A DNA stretch of 64,000 nucleotides from Eledone cirrhosa (GCA_964016885.1 OZ024747.1:35712001-35776000), one strand, 5' to 3'. Shown: positions 1 to 13,499, counted from the stretch's first letter. Made by a program: numbers and translations. Notes: a model not told the origin generated them from the sequence alone.

Positions 1-2267
1 GATTGGGTTTTGTCCATCTGACAAAAGCAGAATACTATTATTATTTACTATGTGAGTTTCATTGTATCCAGGATTGCTAAAACGCTGCTAAATGTCGGTC
101 AAATGCACTCCTATGATCCACTAAATTATAGAATGCAGAAAAACAATACTTGCAGAAACACAAGAAGATACATATACACCTACCACACAAACACACACAT
201 ACCTCTGTGTGCGTGTGTATGTGTGCATATTTTCGTGATGAGAACGAGAAATTACAGCTGGAGACAGAGGGAATAGATTTTTAGGAAGACAGTGTGCCTA
301 GGAAAAATATAGTAATGTCATTATATGTGAGAGAATAAGATTATGGGAATGTGGGTTTATCCATTTAATGTAAGCTAAACTAAACTACTGTCGTGTGACA
401 TCAATCGAGTCTCTGTATTCAGAAATATTCTTTCATACATAAAGCTTAGAAACGTATTTGCAGATATTGCCAGGTATTTTGAAAAGGAAATTAATATAAT
501 AGATTTACCTGGATGCTTTCATCGTAATAATTTTCTGTTCAGCAGGAAGAATAGATATTTTCAGTCGGGAAGGATTTCATATAAAATATGTCTATTTCAT
601 TAATGGGTAGTTTATATATTATATCACGAACTTATATGAAAGGAAAGTCTTTGAATCCTCTCCTGCCTCTCTCTTATGGTGGCAACGATGTTTCTCCCTC
701 ATCTCCCTCCAGTCTCTCGCTCTCCCTTTACGGATATATACACATACAACGACACACATGTGTATATATAAGAGAGAGAGTTTGATAGATACAGAGAGAG
801 AGAAGTGGGGAGAGAAGACAAGGACATACGTTTATAAGTGCATGACTAAAAAATGCATTTATAAATGAAATATCCGTGAACATACGGCAATTACTTAGAT
901 ATGGCATTTGTGCTGCAAACATAATATCTATTGTGTAATATTGCCTGCTGATGTTGTTTCATATGTAGTAAAACAAGATTTCCGCCTAGCACGCACTACC
1001 AATGTCTTGAAATGAGATTTAAATTATTATTTCAATAATTGATAATTCGCTGCATTAGTGATATATTTTAAACAAAAGCAAACAACATTATACCACATTA
1101 ATAACCTCCAAATGGAGTATTATCAAATGATTTGATAATAGAATGCCTTCTATATTTTACTTTACCGATCTATTCACTGATACTATATAATTTCAGAATC
1201 TGTCAAAATATAGTATATACAATATTCATAACAAATATGTGACTATGTAGTAAGTAAGTTATTTTAGATCATGCTCACGCACATTTTGGTTTGTTTTCGC
1301 TGCTTTCAACTTTTGTTAAGTGGTACTTGCCAGAACCCCAGTTTGACTAATGCATTGAGAATGAAAGTGTGTGCCCAGACCACCAATGGAAACCCATCGG
1401 ATGGAAAACTATAGTATTCAATAATATCTATATTGTGTTTCAATTTATGGTTTAATATTGCAGATTTATGTTTTTAATATTCCAATAGGATATGAGAAGT
1501 AGTAACCGAAATTCGATGTGTTCACTTTTTAAGCATTGCTGCAGTCAAATATATTGTGTCAGAAATGTTGTTTATTTCTCAGAGAATAATCAAATATTTC
1601 AGGCATTTGTACAATTAATTCTCAACGGTAGTCCCCATAATATCCATAGCCAAAAGTAAACGTTAGTATAAGAATTGATTGAACAGAATATGTTTCTCTT
1701 TAGGGTGCATGAAACTAATCTTCAATCAACAGCTTATGTATTGGACATGACTGACTATTATATATTCAAATTTAATTTGTATTGGGGAAAGGCAAATGGA
1801 TAGGAAGGGAAAACATGCGGGATGTATCAGAGAACAGGGCAATATATATAATATTGATTTCATCTTCATAATGCTTGGTAACCTAGGCAATCGATTCTAT
1901 AATCCATTTGTTCCTATGGTGTATATGAACATTGCTAATGAAATAGCGAATTGAATTTGTAGTTCCGTTTGCATTTTATAAATATGGGATTAGAAGATAT
2001 CGTGAAATGTACGAGATTTAATGGATAGAGAATTATGATCGAAGCTGAAATAATCCATCAATATTTTAAAATAAGAGATTTTAGTGTAGTTGCTAGATGA
2101 AACATGATTCTCAAATTATTAACCTAGATAGAATTACTTCAAAATATTTTAAATTTAATTTTCATTTTCAACATTGCTCACCAACCCATATCCACATGAT
2201 ACACACTCAAAATGATTTTAATTATATTATTTATATTCCTTATCATCCATTTTAGATCTAGTTAAAA

Positions 2268-2438
2268 GTGTTTATGTATCAGCTCGTATTCGAAAATGTT
2301 TATCATTTAAATGTCATGATTTGTTATAAAATAATAAGGCATTTATTGATGTGTAATCAATAAATGCCTTCTGATTTTATAACAAATCATGATATTTAAA
2401 TGATAAACATTTTCGAATACGAGCTTATACATAAACAC
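2268..2438. repeat. Fold-back inverted repeat, ~83-bp arms, 5-nt loop
   Basis: gtgtttatgtatcagctcgtattcgaaaatg...atttattgat (2268-2350) is the near-exact reverse complement of atcaataaatg...cataaacac (2356-2438). Confidence 0.9.
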
Positions 2439-3876
2439 ATATTTGGAGGGTAAAGCACTGTCACGTGTCCACAAGAATATCGCTAGATACAACAGTGAGC
2501 ATAAACTACTCTGTATAACACACTCCCCTAATTACTTCGTTTTAACTAAAATAAACAAATTAAAAATAAACGAATTAAAATGAAGAACAATAACGTTAAT
2601 TTTATAAATACACACAATTGTAAATAACATAAAATAGGTATATATTTAGTAAAAGGAAGAACAAAGAGCATCAAAAAAGCAAGCGATTGTTTTTTTTGAA
2701 ATAGAAGATATAAAAAAACAAAATATCCCTAATTAGATACAATACGTATGGAAGGATATATCCGATAATATATAATTAAATACAAGTTGCTCTCTATTAT
2801 ATACATACCCATATATATCATATTCTCGGATATAATAAATGTTTTCTCAATAAACATGAAATAACAGAAGAAAACGGAGATATAGAGGAAATGCATTTTA
2901 TATCAACATTTTTTAGAATTAAATCTATCTGATGCCAACTTATGATAACAACAGTCAGAAATACCAATGATTTTTTTACTCCAGAAACATCACTTGAGAT
3001 CCACAATCGAAATTCGAGCTCACTTCTGTGGGATTGCACCACTGCATCGCATCGCCAGATTCCGATAAACGCTATGCCCTTGATCAAACGAATTATCAAT
3101 AAGGTCTTATTTGAACAACCCAAAGATACAGGGAGCCTCCCTGTAGTAACAGGACCAACCAAAATAGTTCATTTCATTATATATCAACTCATTTCGTTAA
3201 GACAATATACCGACATACGCACATACCCATACACCTATATGGTAGTTGTCTGCATGTGATGCTGGGAATTTGGAATGCTAGTGGTTGTTCTTGCCTTGAT
3301 AATGGATATTTAAATTAAGCTGTGCTGTTATGAGATTGCTCTTAAGTAAGAAATATTGAGAGAAAAATAGAACAAACAGTAAATAATCAGAGAAAATATA
3401 ATTATATTTATGGAATTAATGCCGTCTTGCTTCTAGGTATATTTCCTCATTTCTTTCATATATATACCGTTTCCTATTCAACACACGTGTCAGTATATAT
3501 TCACTCCGCTGAATACCGAAAGCTTCAGTGATGGAGGAGAGATATATTCGATTTTCTCCCGGTAGGAAAACTATAATTTCATTCAATTAACGTGTTCTAT
3601 ATACTGCTATTGTTTCATTTAGATTTATCTTTTACATTGGCAGAAAATCCCTTATGTATGTTCATATCACGAAATCATATATCCTATTCCTTACTTCTGC
3701 GATTGGTATGGATATTTCAAAGAATAAACTGAATAGAAGCTTGTGTAAAGAAGGCTGTTAATTATACTAGCTCCCAGAATAAGGGTATCACCAAGTGGCG
3801 AGGCCAATAATTCATCACATAACAAGATACAACTCGCAGTCAGTTTTCCTCAATGCACTCTCATACATAAATACGG

Positions 3877-3993
3877 AAATTTTAAACTACGTATGAATTA
3901 TATATTCAGACAACTATGTTTATAAACAGACAAAGACTTCCAAGCACTAAACATAGTTGTCTGAATATATAATTCATACGTAGTTTAAAATTT
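3877..3993. repeat. Fold-back inverted repeat, ~46-bp arms
   Basis: aaattttaaactacgtatgaatta...ctatgttta (3877-3922) versus taaacatag...tttaaaattt (3948-3993). Confidence 0.9.
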
Positions 3994-4353
3994 ACTACAT
4001 CGTTAATCTCATTTTGTTTAGTGCACTAATTATAGTTAACCTCATTGTATTTAATGCAGTTATTCTGTTATAATTTCAATCAAGATATTTCAGGGTATAA
4101 ATGAAATATGTTAGTATATTTCCATCAATACTCTTCATACACCTCTGCTAGAATTATTCATAAATCTTTTAGATTTGAGCGAGATTTATAAATAATTCTA
4201 GCAGAGGTGTATGAAGAGTATTGATGTAAATATACTAAAATATTTCATTTAAACCCTGAAATATCTTGATTGAAATTATAACAATAACTGCATTAAATAC
4301 AATGAGGTTAACTAGAATTAGTTCAGTAAACAAAATGAGATTAACCATGTAGT
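3994..4353. repeat. Fold-back inverted repeat, ~174-bp arms, directly abutting the previous one
   Basis: 3994-4167 is the reverse complement of 4182-4353 with scattered mismatches. Confidence 0.9.
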
Positions 4354-4494
4354 TCGTTTACCGAGACATTATTTAGGATATATTCTTACACATGTGCACC
4401 TATACCTATGCAAAAAGGTGATATTTGATGCTTATAAGTAGGGCATGGTCGCAAAGATTTAATTATGTGCTCATGAATTATCTCAATTTATATA

Positions 4495-4543
<49 letters not shown>

Positions 4544-4659
4544 CCAAAGAGTAAAAAGGAAAAAGATGTTTTCAGTAGAAAATGCTGAAGAGATTCTTTC
4601 AGTGTAATATCAAAACATTTATTTATTTATAAAGAGGATATTTCCGCATTTAATAATGG

Positions 4660-4805
4660 TACCGGTTTCAGCATTATATGAATTGTCAACTGCGGATGTG
4701 CATAATATGGTTAAGTTCCATATTTATACAAATAATAATAATAAAAAGTGGAAGAAAGAATATTTTAAAACTATTTAAAAATGTATAATTATTTTTCCAC
4801 TTATA

Positions 4806-4838
<33 letters not shown>

Positions 4839-4909
4839 TGTATAAATAAGGAACTTAACCATATTATGCATATCCGCAGTTGAGAATTCATATATTACTG
4901 AAACCGGTA
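4660..4909. repeat. Inverted repeat ending in GAAACCGGTA (PLE pseudo-LTR-like remnant) between (TA)n tracts
   Basis: 4660-4743 versus 4825-4909 reverse complement. Only the 3' half of an HHR motif is present. Confidence 0.7.
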
Positions 4910-4972
4910 TGTATATATATATATATATATATATTATTATTATTATGTAATAAACAACATAAGGCAATTATT

Positions 4973-5028
4973 CCATTTACCAGTGGTTTCTTAAAAGCAA
5001 AAGGTTTTGCTTTCAATCCTCAGAACGG
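4973..5028 (-). ncRNA. Type I hammerhead ribozyme motif (inverted copy of 6480-6535)
   Basis: Reverse complement reads CCGTT-CTGAGGA-TTGAAAGCAAAA/TTTTGCTTTTAA-GAAA-CCACTGG-TA-AATGG. Confidence 0.75.
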
Positions 5029-5372
5029 GAAAAAGCTGGTTTGTTTATTGAACTTGGATTACAAATGTATGTGTATATATATGTATATTTGTGTATGTAT
5101 ATGTTTGTATATGTGAATAAACCAGGTTTTTTTCATTTTTTTTCATTCTGAAGACTGAAGGAAACATTTTTTGCTTTTAAGAAACCTCTGGTGAATGGAA
5201 TAATTGCATTATGTTGCTTTATTACCTTACTACTATATATACGTTTATGTAAGGTTCATTTGTCTTTGCTAATACTGAGTTTTACACATACACACATGTA
5301 TATATATGTGTGTGTGTATGTGTATGCACATGTGTATATGTACGTATGTGTGTATGCGTGTGTGTATGTATG

Positions 5373-5408
<36 letters not shown>

Positions 5409-5442
5409 GTATTAGTTATACTATTTATGGTTATGTAAATAC

Positions 5443-5487
<45 letters not shown>

Positions 5488-5771
5488 ATGTATGTATGTA
5501 TGTATATGTGTGTGTGTGTTTATTATTTTATTATTTTTTTATGTATATATGCGTGTGTGTGGTTGTGTGTGTGTGTGTGTGTGTATGTGTGTGTGTATTT
5601 GTTTTTGGTTGTGCGTGTTTTTGATATATACGTATTTGCATGTGTATAATTGTTTAGCTATGTATGTATATGTGTGTTTACGTATATGCGTGTATGTGTG
5701 TGTGTGTGCGTTTATATATTTTGTGTATATATATATATATATGTATATGTATGTATGTGTGTATGTGTGTA

Positions 5772-5814
<43 letters not shown>

Positions 5815-6031
5815 GTGTGTGTGTATATAATTACATATACATATGTGTGTGTGTTTAATATGTATACGTGTGCGTGTTTGTGTATGTATGTGTTTTTGTG
5901 TTTGTTTATGTATATTTATGTGTGAGAGTGTGTGTATGTGTTTACTGTTTCGTACGTATGTGTGCGTGCTTTCTTGTGTGTATTACTTACTACGCGTGTC
6001 TGTCCTGTTAGCTGGGTCATGTATCGCTGTC

Positions 6032-6077
<46 letters not shown>

Positions 6078-6273
6078 TCTTATTTTTATTTGCGTTTGCG
6101 AATATGTAGAGGTGTGCATTCATGTATGTGTATGTATGTACGCTTTGTATGTTTGTGTGAATGTATGTATGTGTGTATATATATCTGTGTGTGTATGGCT
6201 ATGTTTGTGTATGTGTATGCTTGTACACACACATGTGTATGTGTGTGTATGTGTGTGTGTGTGTATATGTATA

Positions 6274-6320
<47 letters not shown>

Positions 6321-6479
6321 GTGTGTAAGTATGCTTTTGGGTTTTTTTGTGTGTGTGTTTGCATGTGTCGTTTTATTTTATTTTATTTTTCCTTTCCTTC
6401 TCCCTTCTCCAGCCTCACTTTCATATAGATCGTATTTTTTGGTTTGTAATCCAAATTCAATAAACAAACCAGCTTTTTC

Positions 6480-6535
6480 CCGTTCTGAGGATTGAAAGCA
6501 AAACCTTTTGCTTTTAAGAAACCACTGGTAAATGG
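6480..6535 (+). ncRNA. Type I hammerhead ribozyme motif
   Basis: Stem I CCGTT/AATGG, core CTGAGGA, long stem II, GAAA, short stem III ACC..GGT, GUA cleavage triplet. Confidence 0.75.
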
Positions 6536-6908
6536 AATAATTGCCTTATGTTGTTTATTACATAATAATAATAATTAAGCTCTGTTGCATACATAGAGCA
6601 CTCTTTTTTCCTGGACTTTTCCGATGGAATTACTTCATTTACACACACATATATATATATATATAGAAAAAGAGATGAAATCGAAAATGCAACTGAAGTC
6701 TTATTTTTAAAAAAAATATATATATTTATTTGGTTCCTTTACCGGTTTCGCAGTTCTTCTGCTTTTCAAAATTGATGAATTACGGAAACAGAAACAAATT
6801 CAAGGTACGTCCAATATTCTATTATATATCTCAACACACAACCCAAGAAATGCGGAAGCTTACAACACTATTCACAATAACATCCCACTACTAAAACAAA
6901 ACCCAAGA

Positions 6909-7424
6909 ATGAAAAAATTCCTTGAAACACACAAAATAATCAAAAGCAAAAGACAACCAAAATCACTGAAAACATTACTCACCAATGCCAAATTACCTAC
7001 CACAAACCCACAACCAAGTATCAAAAAATGTGGTCGCTCTAATTGTGGAACCTGCACTCACCTCATTGAAGGCAACACGTATACATTTAAATCAGGACAA
7101 AATTTTACTGTAAAAAATCACTTCACTTGCTCATCAAAAAATCTATTTTATGCCATTACATGTAAAGGATGCAATGAAGATTATATAGGACAAACTAAAC
7201 TCACACTCAGAAACAGAATGACAGTTCATCGCCAACAATTACGCGATCCAACCACGAGACAGATACCACTAAGTGCATATCTAGACATTTGCGCAAGTAA
7301 TAAGACACCCAAATTCCAAGTCTTCCCATTTTACCTTTGCGCTAACAATACAACAGAACAAATGCGAATAAATAAGGAAAATATGTTTATTCAAAAATAT
7401 AGACCAACATTAATTAAGGTTTAA
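6909..7424 (+). pseudogene. PLE C-terminal Cys linker plus GIY-YIG endonuclease fragment
   Basis: KKCGRSNCGTC...FTCSSKNLFYAITCKGC..YIGQT..LRNRMTVH matches Neptune-type PLE endonuclease. The RT domain is missing. Confidence 0.85.
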
Positions 7425-8477
7425 TATACATTATGTCAACACCACAATATGACATACACACACACACATAACACCTTCTACTTTAGAAAATAAAAACCCG
7501 AACTAAATAAACCTTAACATACGTTTGCACTGGCAATACAACAGCGAACACGAAAAAGTCAGGAAAATATGTTCATTCAAAAATATTCCTACTAAAGGAA
7601 TCACTTTCCTACACACACACATACACCTCACGCACAATATATATATATATATATATATATATTCTCTTCATCTTAACATGCTAACCATACTCCCACACAC
7701 ATAACACCCATACACACACATAACAACCCCCACACACACAACTCCCTCCCCATTTCTACTAATAGAACCACTTTCCTACACACATATATATATACACACA
7801 CATAAAATATATATTCTCTCCATCTTAACATACTCGCACACACACACATAACACCCATATACACACACACACAACTCCCTCCCCCATCTCTACTAATAGA
7901 ATCATCTTCCAATACACACATACACACACACACACACACACACATACACACATACACACACACAAGCACACAAATAAACATACATATCTTCAGTCTCAAT
8001 AGAAAATCTGAACTCTGACACCCCGGCGAGCTGGCCATATTCACTGAACCAGAACATTTCTCCCAATCCCTTTTCTCTTGACCACTATCTCTCCATTGTC
8101 ATAACATTCACTATAAAGACTACAGAATAGTTTTCCAAATAAGGGCGCAAAAATGTAATAAAAACTTGTTCACGTGACAGCCAAATTTCATTTATAACCA
8201 ACCAAAAAAAAGCCTTCGTGAGCCTCCTTTTTTCAAGTAAAAAGAAATTCGAACACTCATATATGAAAAAACAACCTGTGACAACCCCCCCCCCCCTCTC
8301 TTATTTGAAGAACTATTGTAACGCGAACTGGCGCAAAATTTATTATAATTATTGACAAACCAATCAAATTACTTCTCGAAAAACCTGGAATTTCGAGCCA
8401 CTTTTTCCATATAAAACAAGTAACATTCAGAGACCAACCAGATGTGAGAAAAACCACAGACCCTCCATCTCAACTCC

Positions 8478-8514
8478 CCTTTTGAAAAGCAGAAGAACTG
8501 CGAAACCGGTAAAG
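8478..8514 (+). ncRNA. Minimal hammerhead-like motif with non-canonical core TTGAAAA
   Basis: CCTT-TTGAAAA-GCAG/CTGC-GAAA-CCGG-TA-AAGG, with palindromic stem III ACCGGT. Confidence 0.5.
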
Positions 8515-8721
8515 GAACCAAATAAATATATATATATTTTTTTAAAATAAGTCTTCAGTTGGATTTTTGATTTCATCTCTTTTTCTTTATACTTTCACTC
8601 GTGAAGGACACCTCGGTTATTTTTCATTTTGTAAAAAAAACCCTCACTTTCTAATATATATATATATACGTGTGTGTGTGTGTGTGTACACACACAAACA
8701 CACATGCACATACACTCGATA

Positions 8722-9735
8722 ACAATTAACAGCGCTGCGATCGAATGTGGCTTTTTAGCCCAGCCAATGATCTAAAATGTCTTGCACAGTGTTGGCACCC
8801 AAAACATTTACTGGGAATAGTCGGCTGTGGTTGGAGTTCATGTACTTTTGCATGTTGTTTGAGCCCTCCTGCTGATTTACATTCTCTACCATATGCTTGG
8901 CAAGCATGATCAGTAGCATCTCTAACAGCAGCCTGGTAGTCAACCACTGGTCTTACTTTATGACTACGAAGATGATTTTCGAGTCCAGCTTTGATGAGGC
9001 ACAGTCTGGCACAGACGCTGCATTCAGCGCCATAGGAGGTCCTTCGCCGTCTGGAAATGCAACACCAATGCCCTTCCTCACATCCCGCTTTACTTTCTCG
9101 TATCCGATTCGAGATTCCTCAAAGGCAACTTTCCCCTCATATACAGTCTTTCTCCATTTACTACGATCAGCAGCAGCTTTTTCCCATGTATCAGCAGAGA
9201 CGTTAGCGTCTTTCAAAGAGTCTTTAGACGAATCCTTATACCTCTTATTTTAGTTTATGTGGAAGTCGTTTTCCTTTAACTAACTCTCCATAAAAGAGTT
9301 ATATTGGTATTCTAGAATCCTTTCTCCTGGCAAGGTGACCAGTCCAACGGAGTCTTTGCTTTAAGTACAAGAGCTTCTATACTGTCACACATACAGCTTT
9401 CCAAAATCTCGACATCACTGATGTGGTCCGTCCAGTGAATGCCATGGATCCGTCTGAGAAACATCTGATGGAAACGCTCCAATTGTTTAAGGTGGTATCG
9501 ATAGGTAACCCTTGTCTCGCAGACATACAGAAGAGAGGAGAGAACACATGCCTTGTAAACATTTACCTTTGTCTTCTTGCATATGTCTCGCCGACCCCAG
9601 AGTCGCTTTATAGCTTTCCGAAAGCATCACTTGCTTTCCTAATCGTGAGTGGAATTTCTTTTTCAAGGTTGCTGTATCGATTGACAGGGCTTGCCAGGTA
9701 GACAAACTGATCAACCATTCCAAGACGTTACCAAG
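8722..9735 (-). mobile_element. RTE-clade LINE, decayed 3' part (RT C-terminus plus two C2H2-like zinc fingers)
   Basis: Frames give LERFHQ..LRRI.GIHW, LRWTGHL.R, TWEKAAADRSKWRK and CQHCARHFRSLAGLKSHIRS. Confidence 0.85.
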
Positions 9736-11185
9736 TGTTACCATGCCCAAGAGATTGAATGCTGCTCGTCTTAGAGATGAAAATGTGAAGAGGACATTGC
9801 GAGAAGAGATGCAGGTTGCAGATCTTTGTGAGGATTGGCCGACTCTTAAAAAGTCGGTTAATGATGTAGGCAGGCGTGTTCTGGTAGTGGTGCAGAGAAA
9901 ACATCAAGACTGGTTTAATGAGAATGATGAACATATAGATGACTGATACGAAGTTTGCTTTGTCACGCTACTTGACAGCAAAACCACAGATGAAGAATAT
10001 GTTGCATAAGGAACGCTAGGATGCGAAATCACGTGTTAGGTGGAGTCTTTCAGAGATGAAGAATCAGTGTTGGGGTGAGAAGGCTTATGAGAAACAACCT
10101 GCGTCAGATTCCAATAACACAAAGCTGTTGTACAGTCTCTTGCGTGAGGTTAATGGAACAACTTCATCTCTGGTGACTCCGCTTCGCAGCAAGGATGGCA
10201 GGGAAGTTCTTTGTGACACACAAGGAATTCTATGAAGATGGCAAGAACACTTTGATGAACTTTTGAATCAGACGTCTGATGTCAATGAATATTTTCTCGC
10301 TCTCATTACAGAAAGTCCTGTGAAAGTAGCTCTCGCAGAACCTCCGAAACTTTTGGAGGTTGCTGTGGCTATCTCAAAGCTGAACAGTGGAATATTTCCA
10401 GGTATGGATGGCACACATGCAGAGCTCCTGCAATATGTTACTGAGAGACTCTTGCAACATCTTCACTCTTTGTTTGGCAGGATATGGGCTAGTGAATCCG
10501 TACCTGAGGACTGGAGAAATGCAGTAATGGTGGTCTTGTACAAGTTAAAGGGTAACACGAATGATTGTGGAAACTGCGGAGGTATAAACTTGCTTTCTGT
10601 CGTAGGATAATGTTTATGTAGGGTGCTTCTGGATTGTCTGCTGACACACATTACAGACTGTGTTCTTCCTGAAAGTCAATATGGTTTTCCTGCTGGACGC
10701 GGCTCTACTGATATGATATTCTAAGCAAGACAGCGCCAGGAGACGTGCATGGAAGAAGGTTTGGATCTGTATTCCAGCACCGACCCTGTTTGCCATATAC
10801 TTTGCAATGGTTTTCTATATTGCAATCAGGAATTGCGAGCATGGTGTTTACATCCAATATCGAACCTCAGCCAGCATCGTTAACATCAGGCGCTTTGCTG
10901 TAAAAACAAAAGTATTTACATCAATAATAAGAGACCTCTTTTATGCAGATGATTGCGATCTTGTAGGACACAGAGAGTGATATGCAGCACAATTAGAATG
11001 CATTTTCTGATGCTTGCACTGCCCTAGGATTGACTGTCAGTCTCAAGAAAACGATCGTCATGTACCAACCTGCCCCTGGTAAGCAGTAGTGTGCCAAATA
11101 TCTATGTTTATGGTAAACGACTTGGAGTGGTTGATCAATTTGTCTACCTGGAAAGCACTGTCAATCGATACACCAACTTGGATAA
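9736..11185 (+). mobile_element. RTE-clade LINE, decayed upstream part, inverted relative to its 3' part
   Basis: KHQDWFNEND, PGMDGTHAELL, VPEDWRNA..V.LYK.KG...CGNC.GINLLSV, LPESQYGF and a YADD-encoding ttatgcagatgat at ~10941. Confidence 0.85.
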
Positions 11186-11324
11186 TATATATATATTACC
11201 CAAGTTACTCTGTGTATGTATAGTAATATATATATATTACTATACATATGTATAGTAATATATATATATTACTATACATACACACATAAATATACACATA
11301 AATAAATACATACCCCCCCCCCCC

Positions 11325-11552
11325 CAGCAATTATCCCAGTGTATTACGTATTATCTTCGTTTTTTTTCCATTCTTTGCCAGGGAACGTTTCCACGAACCA
11401 AAGTATCGTCTTCCTGTCTTACGTCGGTTGCTACGTTTTTTTAAATATCTACATCTGCGTTCACACATTGACTTTTCTAGTTTTAGAAGCTCCCGTTAAG
11501 GGTGAAAACAGTGATTCTCTACTTAAACTGTAATCTGTTATTTTAATAAATT
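11325..11552 (+). repeat. Family Y pseudo-LTR fragment (other copies: 16931-17085 +, 19952-20128 -, 29621-29825 -, 31751-31813 +, 47196-47422 fold-back)
   Basis: Shared sequence cagaagatcccgttaagggtgaaagcagcgattctttgcttaaactttaatctgttattttaataaa or its downstream continuation. Confidence 0.8.
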
Positions 11553-11890
11553 ATATATATATATATATATATTTCATTTATATATATATACTCGGATTTA
11601 TTTCTTAGAGTGCTTAAATTATTTGTGACTAATCCCGGTATTTTTTTTTTGGGGGGGGGGGGGAAGACCGCGATGATATTGCTTTTAGCTGAACTCCTTT
11701 TGTAGAGTTTTCTTTCGGAATGTTTTTGACTGTTGTTTCATGTAAACAAACATTTGTCTCATTCTGACGTCACCAGCCATGTTTTTCAACATGTGCGTTT
11801 GATTTAATAACCACGCATGATGTTAAACTAGCCTGCTTTTAAATTCCCTTTTTGGCATATTACCAGTGAGACCCTGCTTACCATGTTGAA

Positions 11891-11970
11891 CTCTGCTGAT
11901 GAACGAAATCCAACCGTGACCATCTCCACTGAAAGTTTTCGTGAAATAGTCTTTTCAAGACTATACAGAG
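11891..11970 (+). ncRNA. Complete type I hammerhead ribozyme
   Basis: Stem I CTCTG/CAGAG, core CTGATGA, stem II ACGAAA/TTTCGT, GAAA, stem III TAGTCTT/AAGACTA, AUA triplet. All three stems are perfectly paired. Confidence 0.9.
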
Positions 11971-12217
11971 CATTTGAAGTTGCCCAAATTGAAGGTTGAG
12001 TACCTTAGACTTTGTTTTATCATGAGTTAAGGCTCTATTGATTTTTCCCTGGATTTCTCTAAATTCTGCTGGATATCTATATCCTGATTCCTTTTGAATT
12101 GAGTATGAATTATTTTTCCCATATCTTATGTTAACTATTTTCCCATTTTGACGCTATAGTCGCATATATGTTATGGAATACTGTTAGCTTCTCGCTACAA
12201 CAATTTCTATACTTTTC

Positions 12218-12252
<35 letters not shown>

Positions 12253-13356
12253 TACATTATGAAGAGAGAAGAAACATTTAGATATAATTAGTAATAAAAT
12301 GTATCATACCTAAACTGTTCCTAAATTCCTCGACTACGTAGACACTTACACAAGAAATAAACATATAAGTATAAAAACACACGTATACACATACACAGAT
12401 CATACGTTCAAAAAATATAAAAATAATCACATACATACAAAGGCAAGTATATATACATACCCACGTAAGGTTATACATAGAAAAATATAAAAATATTAGC
12501 ATTCTAAAATATACATACACATCTATGAAGATGTTAAGTATATTTGCAAGGAGAAGTTCTCGGTACTATAATTAAGATTGGGTAAGAGCACTCTTCTTTC
12601 CTTTATCTTTTCTATGGAAATACATAACACACATACACACATGCACACACCCGCACACGCACACACAAACACAGGCACGCACACACACGCACACACACAC
12701 ACACACATTCACACACGCACACAGATATATATGTTCACCTCTTTTAACCTCTTAATAATTTGTGTGTGAGACACGTTGGCTGAGAACTTTTGACGGTAAC
12801 AAAAAGATTGATTTTCTAGTCTCCCGCCATCATGTAAAATTTGTAAATTAGTGGCTAGTCGAGAGATAGAATCGTATCGGGTGCCAGTTGCTAATCGCTT
12901 TACTGTGTCCGTCGTCACAAACAGTCATGACCGGCATAACTGGTGTTTGGATTCTGTCGATCGATTGGTTCTTGATCAGGCGATAACGGCTGGTGAAGCC
13001 GCATAAGCCGATTGCGCATTGTTGCATAATATATGCAGACGGATGGTGCATTAGTGCATTCGAAACTCGAGTCCGAGAACTACTATACGCACCCGTTTTA
13101 CCTGTGTTGTAATGAAGCGAATAACTATGTGTAATCTCTGGGAATGTATCTTACATTGCCCATGGAGTTCGCTGAGATAAAAGCGGTCCTGGCATTGATA
13201 AATATGGTGGGTCCGTCAATTCTTTATTATATATATATATATAATAAAAGGACGATTTGTTATATCATTACCTTTAATGAGAATTGACGCGCGTTTCGCT
13301 ATTAATCAGCTCAATGTACGATCTACATCTATTTGACCCGACTCAAAAGCTCGACG

Positions 13357-13499
<143 letters not shown>

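Larger units (their letters stand above)
4937..6640 (+). mobile_element. Non-coding HHR element family Z: inverted terminal copy, decayed HHR, GT/AT microsatellite-like body, HHR
   Basis: 4937-5065 is the reverse complement of 6443-6575. A diverged direct copy lies at ~5115-5230. HHR cores at 5148 and 6485 are 1337 nt apart. Confidence 0.7.
6665..8650 (+). mobile_element. 5'-truncated Penelope-like element (Neptune-type) with inverted pseudo-LTR
   Basis: GIY-YIG ORF present. 6665-6770 is the reverse complement of 8480-8586. HHR-like motif at 8478-8514. Flanked by (TA)n. Confidence 0.85.

Noticed and set aside
1-600. Splice-like signals (gtgagt at 52; possible 26-nt minus microexon 509-534)
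   Set aside because: They conflict in strand and are too short to support.
2818-3259. Overlapping 114-aa and 105-aa ORFs with acceptor-like sites on both strands
   Set aside because: No recognisable domain or consistent splice model; could be an exon but unsupported.
5191-6495. Many YI/CV/HT-rich ORFs here and elsewhere in the ORF track
   Set aside because: They are translations of stop-free microsatellites.
11211-11284. Nested perfect palindrome of TA-rich units
   Set aside because: Low-complexity slippage or fold-back product with no further structure.
13030-13355. HHR-like 3' halves GAAA-CTCGAG-TC (13063) and rc GAAA-CGCGCG-TC (~13286-13299); similar ones at ~4900 and ~33440
   Set aside because: No intact CUGANGA core with a matching stem I; treated as remnants only.
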